Shown here: positions 21,501-30,330 of the stretch, in pieces | Layout of the letters: each line of letters starts with the position of its first letter | How positions within the stretch are numbered: position 1 is the stretch's first letter | NCBI GenBank assembly: GCA_977017575.1 | Contig: CDRNVI010000230.1 | Location: forward strand, 1 to 30,508 | Origin: Paramoeba atlantica | Lineage: Eukaryota > Protista > Discosea | Length of the DNA: 30,508 nt | Direction of reading: 5' to 3' | Notes under the pieces: model-generated | Seen by the model: only the letters and a program-made list of their open reading frames with translations | What the model was told of the DNA's origin: nothing | Databases searched by the model: none | Made by a program: the position numbers and the translations under genes

Positions 21501-23133
21501 CTCCCTCAGTTGCCTCACACAAAGCTGTCTTTCTCTTTTTGTTTCACAAATGTTGATTTCAAAATTATCAAAGAAATCTCAAACAAGAAAAAAGAAAAAA
21601 AGAAAACCAGATTTCCTGGCTGATCAATCTGAAGATCTTCTATTTTCAAAAAAGTTTTGACAATCTCTAAATTCCCTTTTTGACAAGCAACATGCCATGG
21701 AGACATTTCATCCTAAAATGAGAAAAGGACAAAATAAAATTCATAAATTCCTCTTTCTCCCCTCCCCCCTCCAACATAAATATAAAGAAGAGCCATTCAA
21801 AAAATAAAAAACATACTTTTGAAAGGGTATTTGGATTAGCACCCTTTTCAAGAAGGAAATGAACCATTTTGATATCATTCTCCAAAACTGCAAAACATAA
21901 AGGACTCCAACTCTACCAAAAAGAGGTGAATGAAAGAAATCTCTTTTGTTTCAGAAATCAATTGTGAAAACTTTGAAAAATGAGAAAGAAAAAAAAAGGG
22001 GGTGTGGAAGAAAAAAAATAACATGTTGTAAAGAAAAGTTGATATTTGCGCCTTTGTTGATCAAAAATTGTGCCATTTCAAAATCCCCTCTTTTACAAGC
22101 ACAACAAAAAGAAGTTCCCCCTTTCTGTCCCCCAAAAAATAAAAGATTAGTTTTTTTTTTCTGAAAACATTCAAAAAAACATTCAAAAAAACTTTACTTT
22201 TGTTGACCAATCCACTTTCGCTTTGTTGTCAATCAAAAGATTTGCCATTTTAATGTCTCCCCTTTCACAACAAAGCCACAAAGGGCTTTTCCCTCTCTGT
22301 TCAAACAAAATGATCATTCAAAAAACAAATAATAACTTCCAAAAAAAAATGGAAAGAGGAATCTAAAAAGTGATTTGATATGAGGGAGAGAAAGAGAGAA
22401 AGAGAGAAAAAGAGAAAGAATTAAAGAAAGAGAAACTGTTGTTGTTTGATCTACTGTGGCTCCTTTTTCAATCAAAAATTTGGCAATTTCAAAGTATCCT
22501 TTTTCACAAACTGAAGATAATGCAGTCTTCTTTGGTTTTTGCTACAATCAAATAAAAATAAAAGAAGAAGAATTGAGTTGAATACACAACACCAATCAAG
22601 ATGAAAAAATATGATTAGAGAAAAAAAGAGATGATTTACTGATAACTGAAGAAGAGAAGAGCCTTTCTCAAAAAGAAACTGAACTATTTCAAGATTCCCG
22701 AATTCACAAGCAATAATCAATGGATTTGACCCATCCTTCAAAAACCATAACAACAGAGACAATCAATCATCAAAATTTTTTAAATCTATCTTTTTTTCGA
22801 GAAAAAGAAAGAGAAAAAAACCTGAGCAACTCTTTCAAGGGAAGCTCCATTTTCAATCAACAAAGTGATCATCTTTAAGTCTCCTTTTTGACAAGCTCTC
22901 ATCAAAGGAGTAATCCCTTTCTTTTCTCAAAACTTTCAAATCAATATCACAACACACACAGACAGAGACACAGAATCATCACCAGAGATAATCATGATAA
23001 AAAAAGAAGAAAAGAAGATGATCACCTGGCGTCTTGGAGCTTGATTGACATCCACTTTTTGATTCAAAAGGAGTTGTTTGACCTTTTCACAATCTCCCCC
23101 TCCCACAGCTTCAAACAATTGGTGATTTGCCAT
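18542..23133 (-). CDS. Ankyrin-repeat protein, copy B (~23 exons; expanded by internal exon-pair duplications)
   Basis: Exon 1 23133-23026 (MANHQLFEAVGGGDC..); same exon order as copy A plus extra copies of two exon pairs; last exon 18841-18542 (100 codons). Confidence 0.87.
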
Positions 23134-23464
23134 TTCCCTCTCTCTCTCTTTCTCTCTTTCTCTTTCTCTTTCTCCTCTCACCCCAAAAAAACAAACTTTT
23201 CACCAAAGACACACCAAAACCAAAGAGAGAAAAAGAGGAAAATGGCAACTTGCAGTCCTTTTTTTTAGAAAACTAAATTTAGCCCTTTTCATAATTTCTC
23301 TCTTCTTTTTGATTTTCATTTTCTCTTCTTGTTCTGAAATGGTCCTCTTATTTTGGTTTCCATTTTATTGTCTCTCCCTTCCCTCTCCCCCACCCCACCA
23401 TCCCAAATAAAATAAACAATTTCTTTTTGAAAAAAGAAGATTTCCTTTTTCAATTTTGTGGAGC

Positions 23465-24517
23465 TTAATCCATTCGAGGTTTTTTGAATTCAATTTCATC
23501 ACCACCAAAACCACATTCATCTCCAATCTTTCTCTTTTTACTTTCTCTCTCTTCTCCTTGTTCTTCTTCTCTTTCTTCTCCTTCTTCTCTTTGTTCTTCT
23601 TTTCCATTTGATTCAATCTTTTCATTCCCTTCTCGTTTTGCAGGTTTAATTGAACCATCAATGTGAATGTATTCCTATCCAAAAATTGTGTTTCAATTCT
23701 TTGCGAATTTCAAAAAGAATGGGGAAAAGATTTAAAAAACCTTCAAAAACTTCTTCACTGAGTGATAGTAGGTGGTGTCTGCTGGTGTTTGTCCCTAAAA
23801 TATTTTGAAAATATCAAAAAAAAGAGATTCAGCAAAAAAAAGTGAATCAATAAAATCAAAGAAAAATGGACCTGATTATTTTTGATTTCAGGATTTGCAC
23901 CATATTCACACAAAAGTTTCACCATCTCCAACTTACCCCCAAGTGCAGCCATATGGAGCGCAGTACTCCCAACCTACCATTTTGATTGAATGAATTGTTC
24001 CCAAAGAGTACCCCAAAAAACAAAGAAATGTGAAAAACCTCATCTGTTTTGTTGATTTCAACACCATTTTGCAACATAAATAAAACACGCTCATTGGCTG
24101 ACCGAGAATGTTGAGATTGGAGAAGAGCCATGAGAGGAGTGCGACCCTTTGAAAAAAAAATGATTAAAATGATACTCAAAAACACCCATTCAAAAAAATT
24201 CAAATTAGAAAATACTTGATAGATTTCATTTACATCTGCTCCATTTTCAACTAAGAACTTAACAACTGGTAAATTAACAAAATAGGAACCACAAACTTGA
24301 TGAAGAATACTCTTTCCCTGTTTTCCCCAAAACCAAATTGATGGTAAATTGAAAGAAAAAAAAAAAAGAAATAAAGAAGAGAGAGGGTTGTTTTGAGGAA
24401 AGTTATCAAAAAAAACCAACAAACTTGAACAATGAGATGTGCTCCATTTTGTAATAATAATTCTGCAATATCCAAATTGTTGTTTATACATGCAAGAGTC
24501 AGAGGTGACCAACTTGA
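23465..24517 (-). pseudogene. Ankyrin-repeat gene copy C, last six exons only; the 5' part is replaced by bacterial-type DNA
   Basis: Colinear with the 3' six exons of A and B; homology stops at the CAG acceptor at 24518-24520. Confidence 0.85.
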
Positions 24518-24520
24518 CTG

Positions 24521-25104
24521 AACGTCGGCAATTAAACTACCTTAATGGTGTTGTGAGACGTACGCGTGGGAGACTATTCGTACCAACTAATGCGCAAGGA
24601 CAGCCAGCACTAAATCCTGCTATACCAGCAGTAGTTGATACAGAAGTAGTTGATACAGAGGAAGACGTCATTGAAGAAGAAAGCGTACTAGCTCAGCAAC
24701 CAGAGTCAGAACAACATCCTCCAACGGACGCGGCGCGATACGAAAGGAGCAATAGGCGAGTCAGTTCAACATTCTTTGGCAATTCGTCAATGCCACCTTC
24801 AGAAGGTAGCGAATTACAAATACAGCGAGAGGCCAGTTCAGTACTCACAATTCCTGCGTTTGTTATGACTAGTGATACGGGTACTGATACAGAACAGAGC
24901 GGGCAGCTTTCAGTGCTGCCATCAAATCCAAATCAAGATCATGTCCTGTTTTCTTCAGGCAGTCATTCATCTTCATTGGTTGGTCAGTTTAGTGACATTA
25001 TTCATCAACAGCAAGAGCCTGAGTCTTTACCCGCTCAACAGGAAAAAGAGGAAGCCAGTGCTAGTGAAGAAGAGGGAGTAGTACACCTAGTTGAGTTATC
25101 TTGA
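24521..25104 (+). CDS. C-terminal part of an acidic, S/Q/E-rich hypothetical bacterial protein, 5'-truncated at the junction
   Basis: Open frame from the junction to TGA at 25102-25104, with a VVDTE-VVDTE 15-bp tandem. The track's start at 24439 lies in antisense ankyrin exon sequence and is not credible. Confidence 0.6.
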
Positions 25105-25424
25105 TGTATTAATTGATTAGGCGTGTTGTCAGGCGCAAGTGAAGTATTGGCAATGGGGTTCTATTGCGTTAATTACTCGTGTGATTAGGCTTGCTGATTG
25201 CTGCAATGTTTGAAGAGCACTCGAGTTTTTCTTCAGAAAATTATTATATTAGCCAGGATGTGCTTTTTAGCAAAAAGTGGGGGCACACCTGTCTATGGCA
25301 TAGACAAAAGCATACCTAACCATCATGAGTAATGATTTTCCTATCTAGTCATTGATAGTCACGCACACGAGGATGAATCGCATTCTACAGCCTATAAATA
25401 GCACTGTTATGATACGCTAATGCG

Positions 25425-26300
25425 GTCAGGTAGCAAAGCAGATGTTACCACCTGCTCTGCCCCCTAAGAACTGCACAGGACGCTTTTGCGTCATACAGCT
25501 CAAGCCTCTTTAAGCCTTCTATGAAAGCCGGTTTTGCCACTTTCCATTTGGAAAGCACATCGCCTTTACGATACTCACTTGCAACCGACCTACATACATT
25601 AACACTTTCTGCTAATCGATAGCATTCCATGTTATTTTAGTGCTGTGGACGCATCAGTTAATGAATAAATCATTACTGTCATTTGCTTTTCCACATTATG
25701 TCAGTTCTACAAATTCTCTCGTAATAAGAGACCAGACAGAAGTCTGCCCGCTTTCGCGTGAGATGATGTTTCAACCTCTATCTAACGCATTACACATTAG
25801 CATTCGCTTTCTCTGTCCTCCTTTACCCGCATTCCCATCGGCTCACTTTACAACTCGCTTTCTTCAAATAAGAAGAGAAATACGGGCTTACCACGTTCCT
25901 CTTAAGTAACAATGACGGGTTAGGTTCTGCCTCTCCACCGGTAGCTCTACATCTGCGTGTTACTAAAGTAGACAATAACAACCTGGCTACTCACCTTTTG
26001 GTTCAAGCTTGTCAGCATCTTTAGCTTGTCTAGCGTTACGACGTTTATCAGCAGTTCATATACATTAACCATACCGTCAAACCTAGCCCCCAAACCGCAT
26101 GATGCTTGCAGTATTTCCCTCACTTTCACAAGTTCAGTTTACCTGGCTATACAGGTGGGGTACATTGTCCTATTCGCTTCACACCTCTCCGTTACCAGAA
26201 ACGCATGGAACAGTAGGTTACTATTAACAGAATAATAGGTTTGACCCTCCTTTTGTTTAATTAAAGTTCAAACAATTACTTAAGCGACCTCGTGTCGCAC
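25425..26300 (-). mobile_element. Group IIB (chloroplast-like/CL1-type) intron, internally deleted and effectively ORF-less
   Basis: 5' end GTGCGACACGAGGTCGC at 26300. 34-nt domain V GAGCTGTATGACGCAAAAGCGTCCTGTGCAGTTC (25501-25468) with AGC triad. Domain VI 13-bp stem with GTAA loop and bulged A at 25431. 3' end CCTGAC at 25425. EBS1 CTACTT (25971-25966) vs IBS1 AAGCAG and EBS2 ACGCTA (26036-26031) vs IBS2 TAGCGC each pair 5/6. Confidence 0.9.
25561..25682 (-). pseudogene. N-terminal remnant of the intron-encoded RT/maturase
   Basis: MTVMIYSLTDASTAL, frameshift, then ITWNAID*QKVLMYVGRLQVSIVKA. This resembles the W.AIDW..V...V.RLQ.RI.KA start of CL1-class intron-encoded proteins; the rest is deleted. 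Confidence 0.75.
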
Positions 26301-26479
26301 CTGCTTAGCGCTATCACTAAACAACCCAGCGTATTAACTGCGCTGATGATTTGAATGAACTTGATAACCACTGCGGTACTAGCGATTATCACTAGCGATG
26401 GTGCCGCAGCCAGACACTCTAGCAATACCTGACTGCAGCTATCACAACAGTGTCAACAAAGCACAGGAGACCAACTGCC

Positions 26480-26752
26480 ATGAAACAATCTATTCTATCC
26501 AATTACGATACCCATGAACAAGACGAAGATGACTACAAAACACCACACGAAGCATTAAGCGCCAAATTACATCAAATGGCCGACATCGCTAATGTTACGA
26601 TTCGAGGTCAGCCCAGTGAACGTGAGTTGTACCACATTTTGTGGGGACTGACTGATTTACTGCAACTGGCCTGCGCGCAATGCGATGAACTGCGCCCCGA
26701 AGATTTGATGAGCGAGGCGCAATTAGCTGATAGGGCCTGTAAAGAAAGTTAA
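26480..26752 (+). CDS. Small hypothetical protein (90 aa)
   Basis: AGGAG at 26465-26469 upstream of ATG 26480; plausible helical composition; no family recognised. Confidence 0.65.
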   Translation: MKQSILSNYDTHEQDEDDYKTPHEALSAKLHQMADIANVTIRGQPSERELYHILWGLTDLLQLACAQCDELRPEDLMSEAQLADRACKES

Positions 26753-26968
26753 AAACGCATCGGGAATGACGCCAGCCAATCAATTGAAGGTGCCCCTAAC
26801 TTAACTGGCGTCACTTCCCGCCACCTAGCCTATCAATACAGTAAACAAAGTTTGATAGCCAACGTGGTTCTTATCATTGCGTATCCATTCGAAAGGAGTC
26901 AGTTGAATCCAAAAATGGATAACACCACACGACAAATAAAACATATTACTAACAGGAGAAAAAAACCA

Positions 26969-27433
26969 ATGCCAACCACCACCCCCAACACATCGGTATT
27001 AGAACAAGTCGCTGCTCTACCCAGCCTATCGCTGACTGAATTAAAATCACTGTGGCAAACTGTATACGATACCAAACCCAATACACAACAAAAAAGTTTA
27101 CTGGTAAGAAGATTAAGTTATCGCTTGCAAGAATTGGCTTATGGTGTTGACCCTGATATCAATAAACGCTTAGCTGAGCAAGCCAAACGCTATTATCCTT
27201 CCAATAAAAAAGTGAATAAACGCAAGCATCATTACACACGCCCAATGGTAGGCGCTCGTTTAGTGCGTCATTACAAAGGCATAAACCACACCGTCACTGT
27301 GTTAGAACACGGCTATGAATATGACGGTTGTGTCTATAGCAGCTTATCTAAAATCGCCACGTTAATTACTGGTAACAATTGCTCGGGGGTGTTCTTTTTT
27401 GGGTTACGTAAAAATAATGGAGTCATTGCATGA
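26969..27433 (+). CDS. DUF2924 family protein
   Basis: AGGAG at 26954-26958. Motifs LSLTELKSLW, RRLSYRLQELAYG, VGARLVRHYKG..HTVTVLEHGYEYDG..YSSLSKIATLITG..SG..FFGL match my recollection of DUF2924. ATGA overlap with the recombinase. Confidence 0.88.
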   Translation: MPTTTPNTSVLEQVAALPSLSLTELKSLWQTVYDTKPNTQQKSLLVRRLSYRLQELAYGVDPDINKRLAEQAKRYYPSNKKVNKRKHHYTRPMVGARLVRHYKGINHTVTVLEHGYEYDGCVYSSLSKIATLITGNNCSGVFFFGLRKNNGVIA

Positions 27434-28824
27434 AACGAAACGCAAAAAATAGTGATACAACCACGACACACCCACAACGCTGTGCCATTTATACGCGCAA
27501 GTCCACTGAAGAAGGCTTAGAGCAAGAATTCAATAGTCTGGATGCACAACGCGATGCCTGTGAATGTTACATTGCTTCACAAAAACATGAAGGCTGGCTA
27601 CTACTCGATGACCATTATGATGACGGTGGCTTTACCGGTGGCAACATGGAACGCCCTGCCTTAAAACGACTCATGCAAGAGATTGAACAGGGTCTCATTG
27701 ATATTGTCGTCGTCTATAAAGTTGATCGCTTGTCTAGGTCATTGGCTGACTTTGCCAGGCTTGTGAGTTTATTTGATGCACATAACATCTCATTTGTCTC
27801 AGTTACCCAACAGTTTAATACCACTTCTTCGATGGGACGGTTAACACTTAACATCTTATCATCCTTTGCCCAGTTTGAACGGGAAGTCATTGGCGAGCGG
27901 GTACGCGACAAATACGCAGCCTCTAAACGCAAAGGCTTGTGGATGGGGGGTGTGGTACCACTGGGTTATGATGTCAATGACAGACAACTGCAGATTAATG
28001 AGGATGAGGCTAACATAATACGCACACTCTTTGAGTTGTTCCTCAAAACCCAATCACCTACTCAAATGGTCAAACCCTTAGCCGATATGGGCGTTAAGAG
28101 CAAACAACGTATCACTAAAAAAGGCAAAACCGTTGGCGGCGTATCGCTTGATATCGGTGGCATTTATAAAATCCTGAATAACCCCATCTACATCGGCAAG
28201 ACTCAATACAAAAACGAACTCTATGAGGGACGTCATCAAGCCATCATCTCTCAAGAAATCTGGGAAGCCACACAAACCTTATTACGTCGCCGCGCTGTTA
28301 AGCCCACCACACAAACAAAACGGGGGCAGCGCGCAGTTCTGAGCGGTTTGCTGAAATGCAGTGGCTGCTTATCGGCGATGACACCGGTGCATACCACCAA
28401 ATGCCAAGGCAAAAAGCTCTATCGTTATTATGCCGCCACCGGTTACAAACGAGGTCGCTGTCCTGAATGCCCTGTTAAACAAATCAGTGCCGGTGAAATT
28501 GAAACACATGTCTTGCAACAAGTACAAACCGTATTGACCACGCCAGAGTGTATTCTTGATACCTGGAAAGCCGCCAAGCAATACAGTGGAACTGTCACTA
28601 ACAACGATGTTCGCCAAGCATTGAGCAATATCGCCCCCACCTGGCAATCACTCTTTCCTACCGAACAAAAACGCCTATTGGAATTGCTGCTCACACAAGT
28701 GGTATTACACCCTGATCACCTCGATATTCAACTAAACATCAATGGTATGAGTGACCTTGCACAACAATTACGTTGTGATACCCAGCAACACGAGGCAACA
28801 CCATGCAAACTACTATCATTTTAA
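27430..28824 (+). CDS. Large serine recombinase (resolvase, recombinase and zinc-ribbon domains), 464 aa
   Basis: RCAIYTRKST (catalytic Ser), YDDGGFTGG..RPAL, VVYKVDRLSRS, FAQFERE.I.ER, NPIYIG, GLLKCSGC..CPECP. Confidence 0.95.
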   Translation: MKRNAKNSDTTTTHPQRCAIYTRKSTEEGLEQEFNSLDAQRDACECYIASQKHEGWLLLDDHYDDGGFTGGNMERPALKRLMQEIEQGLIDIVVVYKVDRLSRSLADFARLVSLFDAHNISFVSVTQQFNTTSSMGRLTLNILSSFAQFEREVIGERVRDKYAASKRKGLWMGGVVPLGYDVNDRQLQINEDEANIIRTLFELFLKTQSPTQMVKPLADMGVKSKQRITKKGKTVGGVSLDIGGIYKILNNPIYIGKTQYKNELYEGRHQAIISQEIWEATQTLLRRRAVKPTTQTKRGQRAVLSGLLKCSGCLSAMTPVHTTKCQGKKLYRYYAATGYKRGRCPECPVKQISAGEIETHVLQQVQTVLTTPECILDTWKAAKQYSGTVTNNDVRQALSNIAPTWQSLFPTEQKRLLELLLTQVVLHPDHLDIQLNINGMSDLAQQLRCDTQQHEATPCKLLSF

Positions 28825-29207
28825 ATGACAATGTCATCTCCATTAAAGTACCTATTGCATTCAAACGCTATCGTGGCAAAACATGGTTAACGTTACCTGA
28901 AAACAATGTGCCATCCACCACTAAATCGCAGCCCAATGCCTCATTTGTTAAAGCATTGGCAAAAGCTTATTGCTGGCAACAACTATTAGATAAAAGAAAG
29001 TTTGCAACACTGAGTGTCTTAATCAAACACCACAATGTAAACTCCTCTCACGCCTCGCGCATCTTGCGTTTAAATTTCCTAGCTCCCGACATCAAGCAAG
29101 CCATTTTAGATGGCACACAGCCGCCGGAGTTGAGCCAGCGCAGTTTGTTATCGCCCTTCCCTCTGCTGTGGGAGGAGCAGCGACGCCACTTTGGGTTTGC
29201 CAGATAA
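28803..29207 (+). CDS. Recombinase-associated small protein with an HTH-like segment
   Basis: Overlaps the recombinase stop by 22 nt. KALAKAYCWQQLL, SRILRLNFLAPDIKQAILDGTQP and PFPLLWEEQR resemble the protein usually found after DUF2924-recombinase pairs. Confidence 0.8.
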   Translation: MQTTIILNDNVISIKVPIAFKRYRGKTWLTLPENNVPSTTKSQPNASFVKALAKAYCWQQLLDKRKFATLSVLIKHHNVNSSHASRILRLNFLAPDIKQAILDGTQPPELSQRSLLSPFPLLWEEQRRHFGFAR

Positions 29208-29242
29208 CTTTGAATACTGACTTTAGCTCAGCATAAAACAAT

Positions 29243-29443
29243 TCAATCAAAATGCGGATTATGTGCTGTATACATTCGTGGTGACTCGTGTACATTTAAC
29301 TTATTGCGAATAATACCCATCGCATACTGATAATGCTCACGTTCAAGATGACTGAGCACCCACCCCAGCAGCTTATTAGAGTCACTGCTTTTACGTGTTA
29401 ATAACGGTTTTCCATTGTGCACAATAGTAGCTTCATAAGCCAT
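29243..29443 (-). CDS. Small hypothetical protein (66 aa)
   Basis: Strong SD (GGGAGGAG) upstream of ATG 29443; convergent with the recombinase module. Confidence 0.6.
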   Translation of the reverse strand: MAYEATIVHNGKPLLTRKSSDSNKLLGWVLSHLEREHYQYAMGIIRNKLNVHESPRMYTAHNPHFD

Positions 29444-29766
29444 CGCCTTTCTCCTCCCTGAATTTTAAGAACAGTCCGTCCATTGTCATTCAAACAATTT
29501 GCAAATAGGGCAGGAAAAAATATCATTATTTTGTGTTGGCACTAACCACGCAACGCTATTATGCCATTTCTAGTACTCATCATCAGTAAGTTACCAAAAC
29601 GTTGTTGTCAAAGCAACTTCAACATAAATCATAATCAAAAATATACCGTCACAATGCTATCAACACCGTTTCTGATAATACACACACAATACCTAACTTG
29701 AAAAATCAGAGTGCAGATACAATCTATACAACGCTAATATACAATGACATCATTAGTACAAAGAAA

Positions 29767-30096
29767 ATGACAATGACATTAAAATCGATACAGGGAAATT
29801 ACGCTGGGAATAGCTGTGCTTCTATCAATCAACACAATAGCCAATTGAATTCAACAACCACGCAAAACTATCAGCGTATTATCTACCAAAGACCGTTTTC
29901 ATATCCTAAAAAATCACTTGTCGAATCATCTAATAAAGTTGATGTTGAACCCGCACAATTAGCTTGCCATCGATATGCTTTATGGCAATTATCAGCTGAT
30001 GAGTTAGCCGAAAAAACAACTGTTTTTTCAAAAGAGCATCCATCCATAAAACAACAAGTCAAGCAAATTATTAATGCTATTGATGTCAATAAATAA
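29767..30096 (+). CDS. Hypothetical protein with an N/S/T/Q-rich N-terminus
   Basis: Longest ORF in the interval. ATG at 29767 or 29773 is preferred over the TTG at 29698; no family recognised. Confidence 0.5.
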   Translation: MTMTLKSIQGNYAGNSCASINQHNSQLNSTTTQNYQRIIYQRPFSYPKKSLVESSNKVDVEPAQLACHRYALWQLSADELAEKTTVFSKEHPSIKQQVKQIINAIDVNK

Positions 30097-30330
30097 AAAA
30101 CTGAGGTAATGTTAGAACAACAAGATAAGGTATATTAATTGTCTGTATAATGTGGACAGTTTAAATGTAGCCGCATTCAAAATCAATGATCGCATTTGAA
30201 GAGCTTGCCACCAATAAAAAACAGTGTATGCTTCTCTCTAATCCTGATAATTCTAACGTTAATAAAAGGAGTATAAGAGAAAAATTGTCACTGCCTGTGA
30301 CTTTAAATATGTGCTAAAGGAGTTGCTGTC

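Noticed and set aside
19380-21760. Regularly spaced repeats as a CRISPR-like array
   Set aside because: Units are hundreds of bp of exon plus intron, not short repeats with unique spacers, and there are no cas genes.
14789-23682. K/E-rich ORFs 14789-15139, 18433-18873 and 23365-23682 as separate genes
   Set aside because: Alternative frame of the ankyrin genes' last exon. The spliced frame (EYIHIDSSIKPAKRE..) has a proper acceptor and a conserved stop in all three copies.
25445-26129. ORFs 25445-25630 and 25947-26129 as protein genes
   Set aside because: Both lie within the group II intron RNA (DIV-DVI and DI); the maturase-like remnant is in a different frame.
25405-26320. Exon-junction hairpin as an integron attC site
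   Set aside because: Too short, lacks the RYYYAAC/GTTRRRY cores, and no integron integrase is present.
27714-28694. Minus-strand ORFs over the recombinase
   Set aside because: Antisense shadows of a well-supported gene.
30135-30200. TAATTTGTCTGTATAATGTGGACAGTTTAAATG as an IS3-like terminal repeat remnant
   Set aside because: Only vague resemblance; no partner repeat and no convincing transposase fragment.
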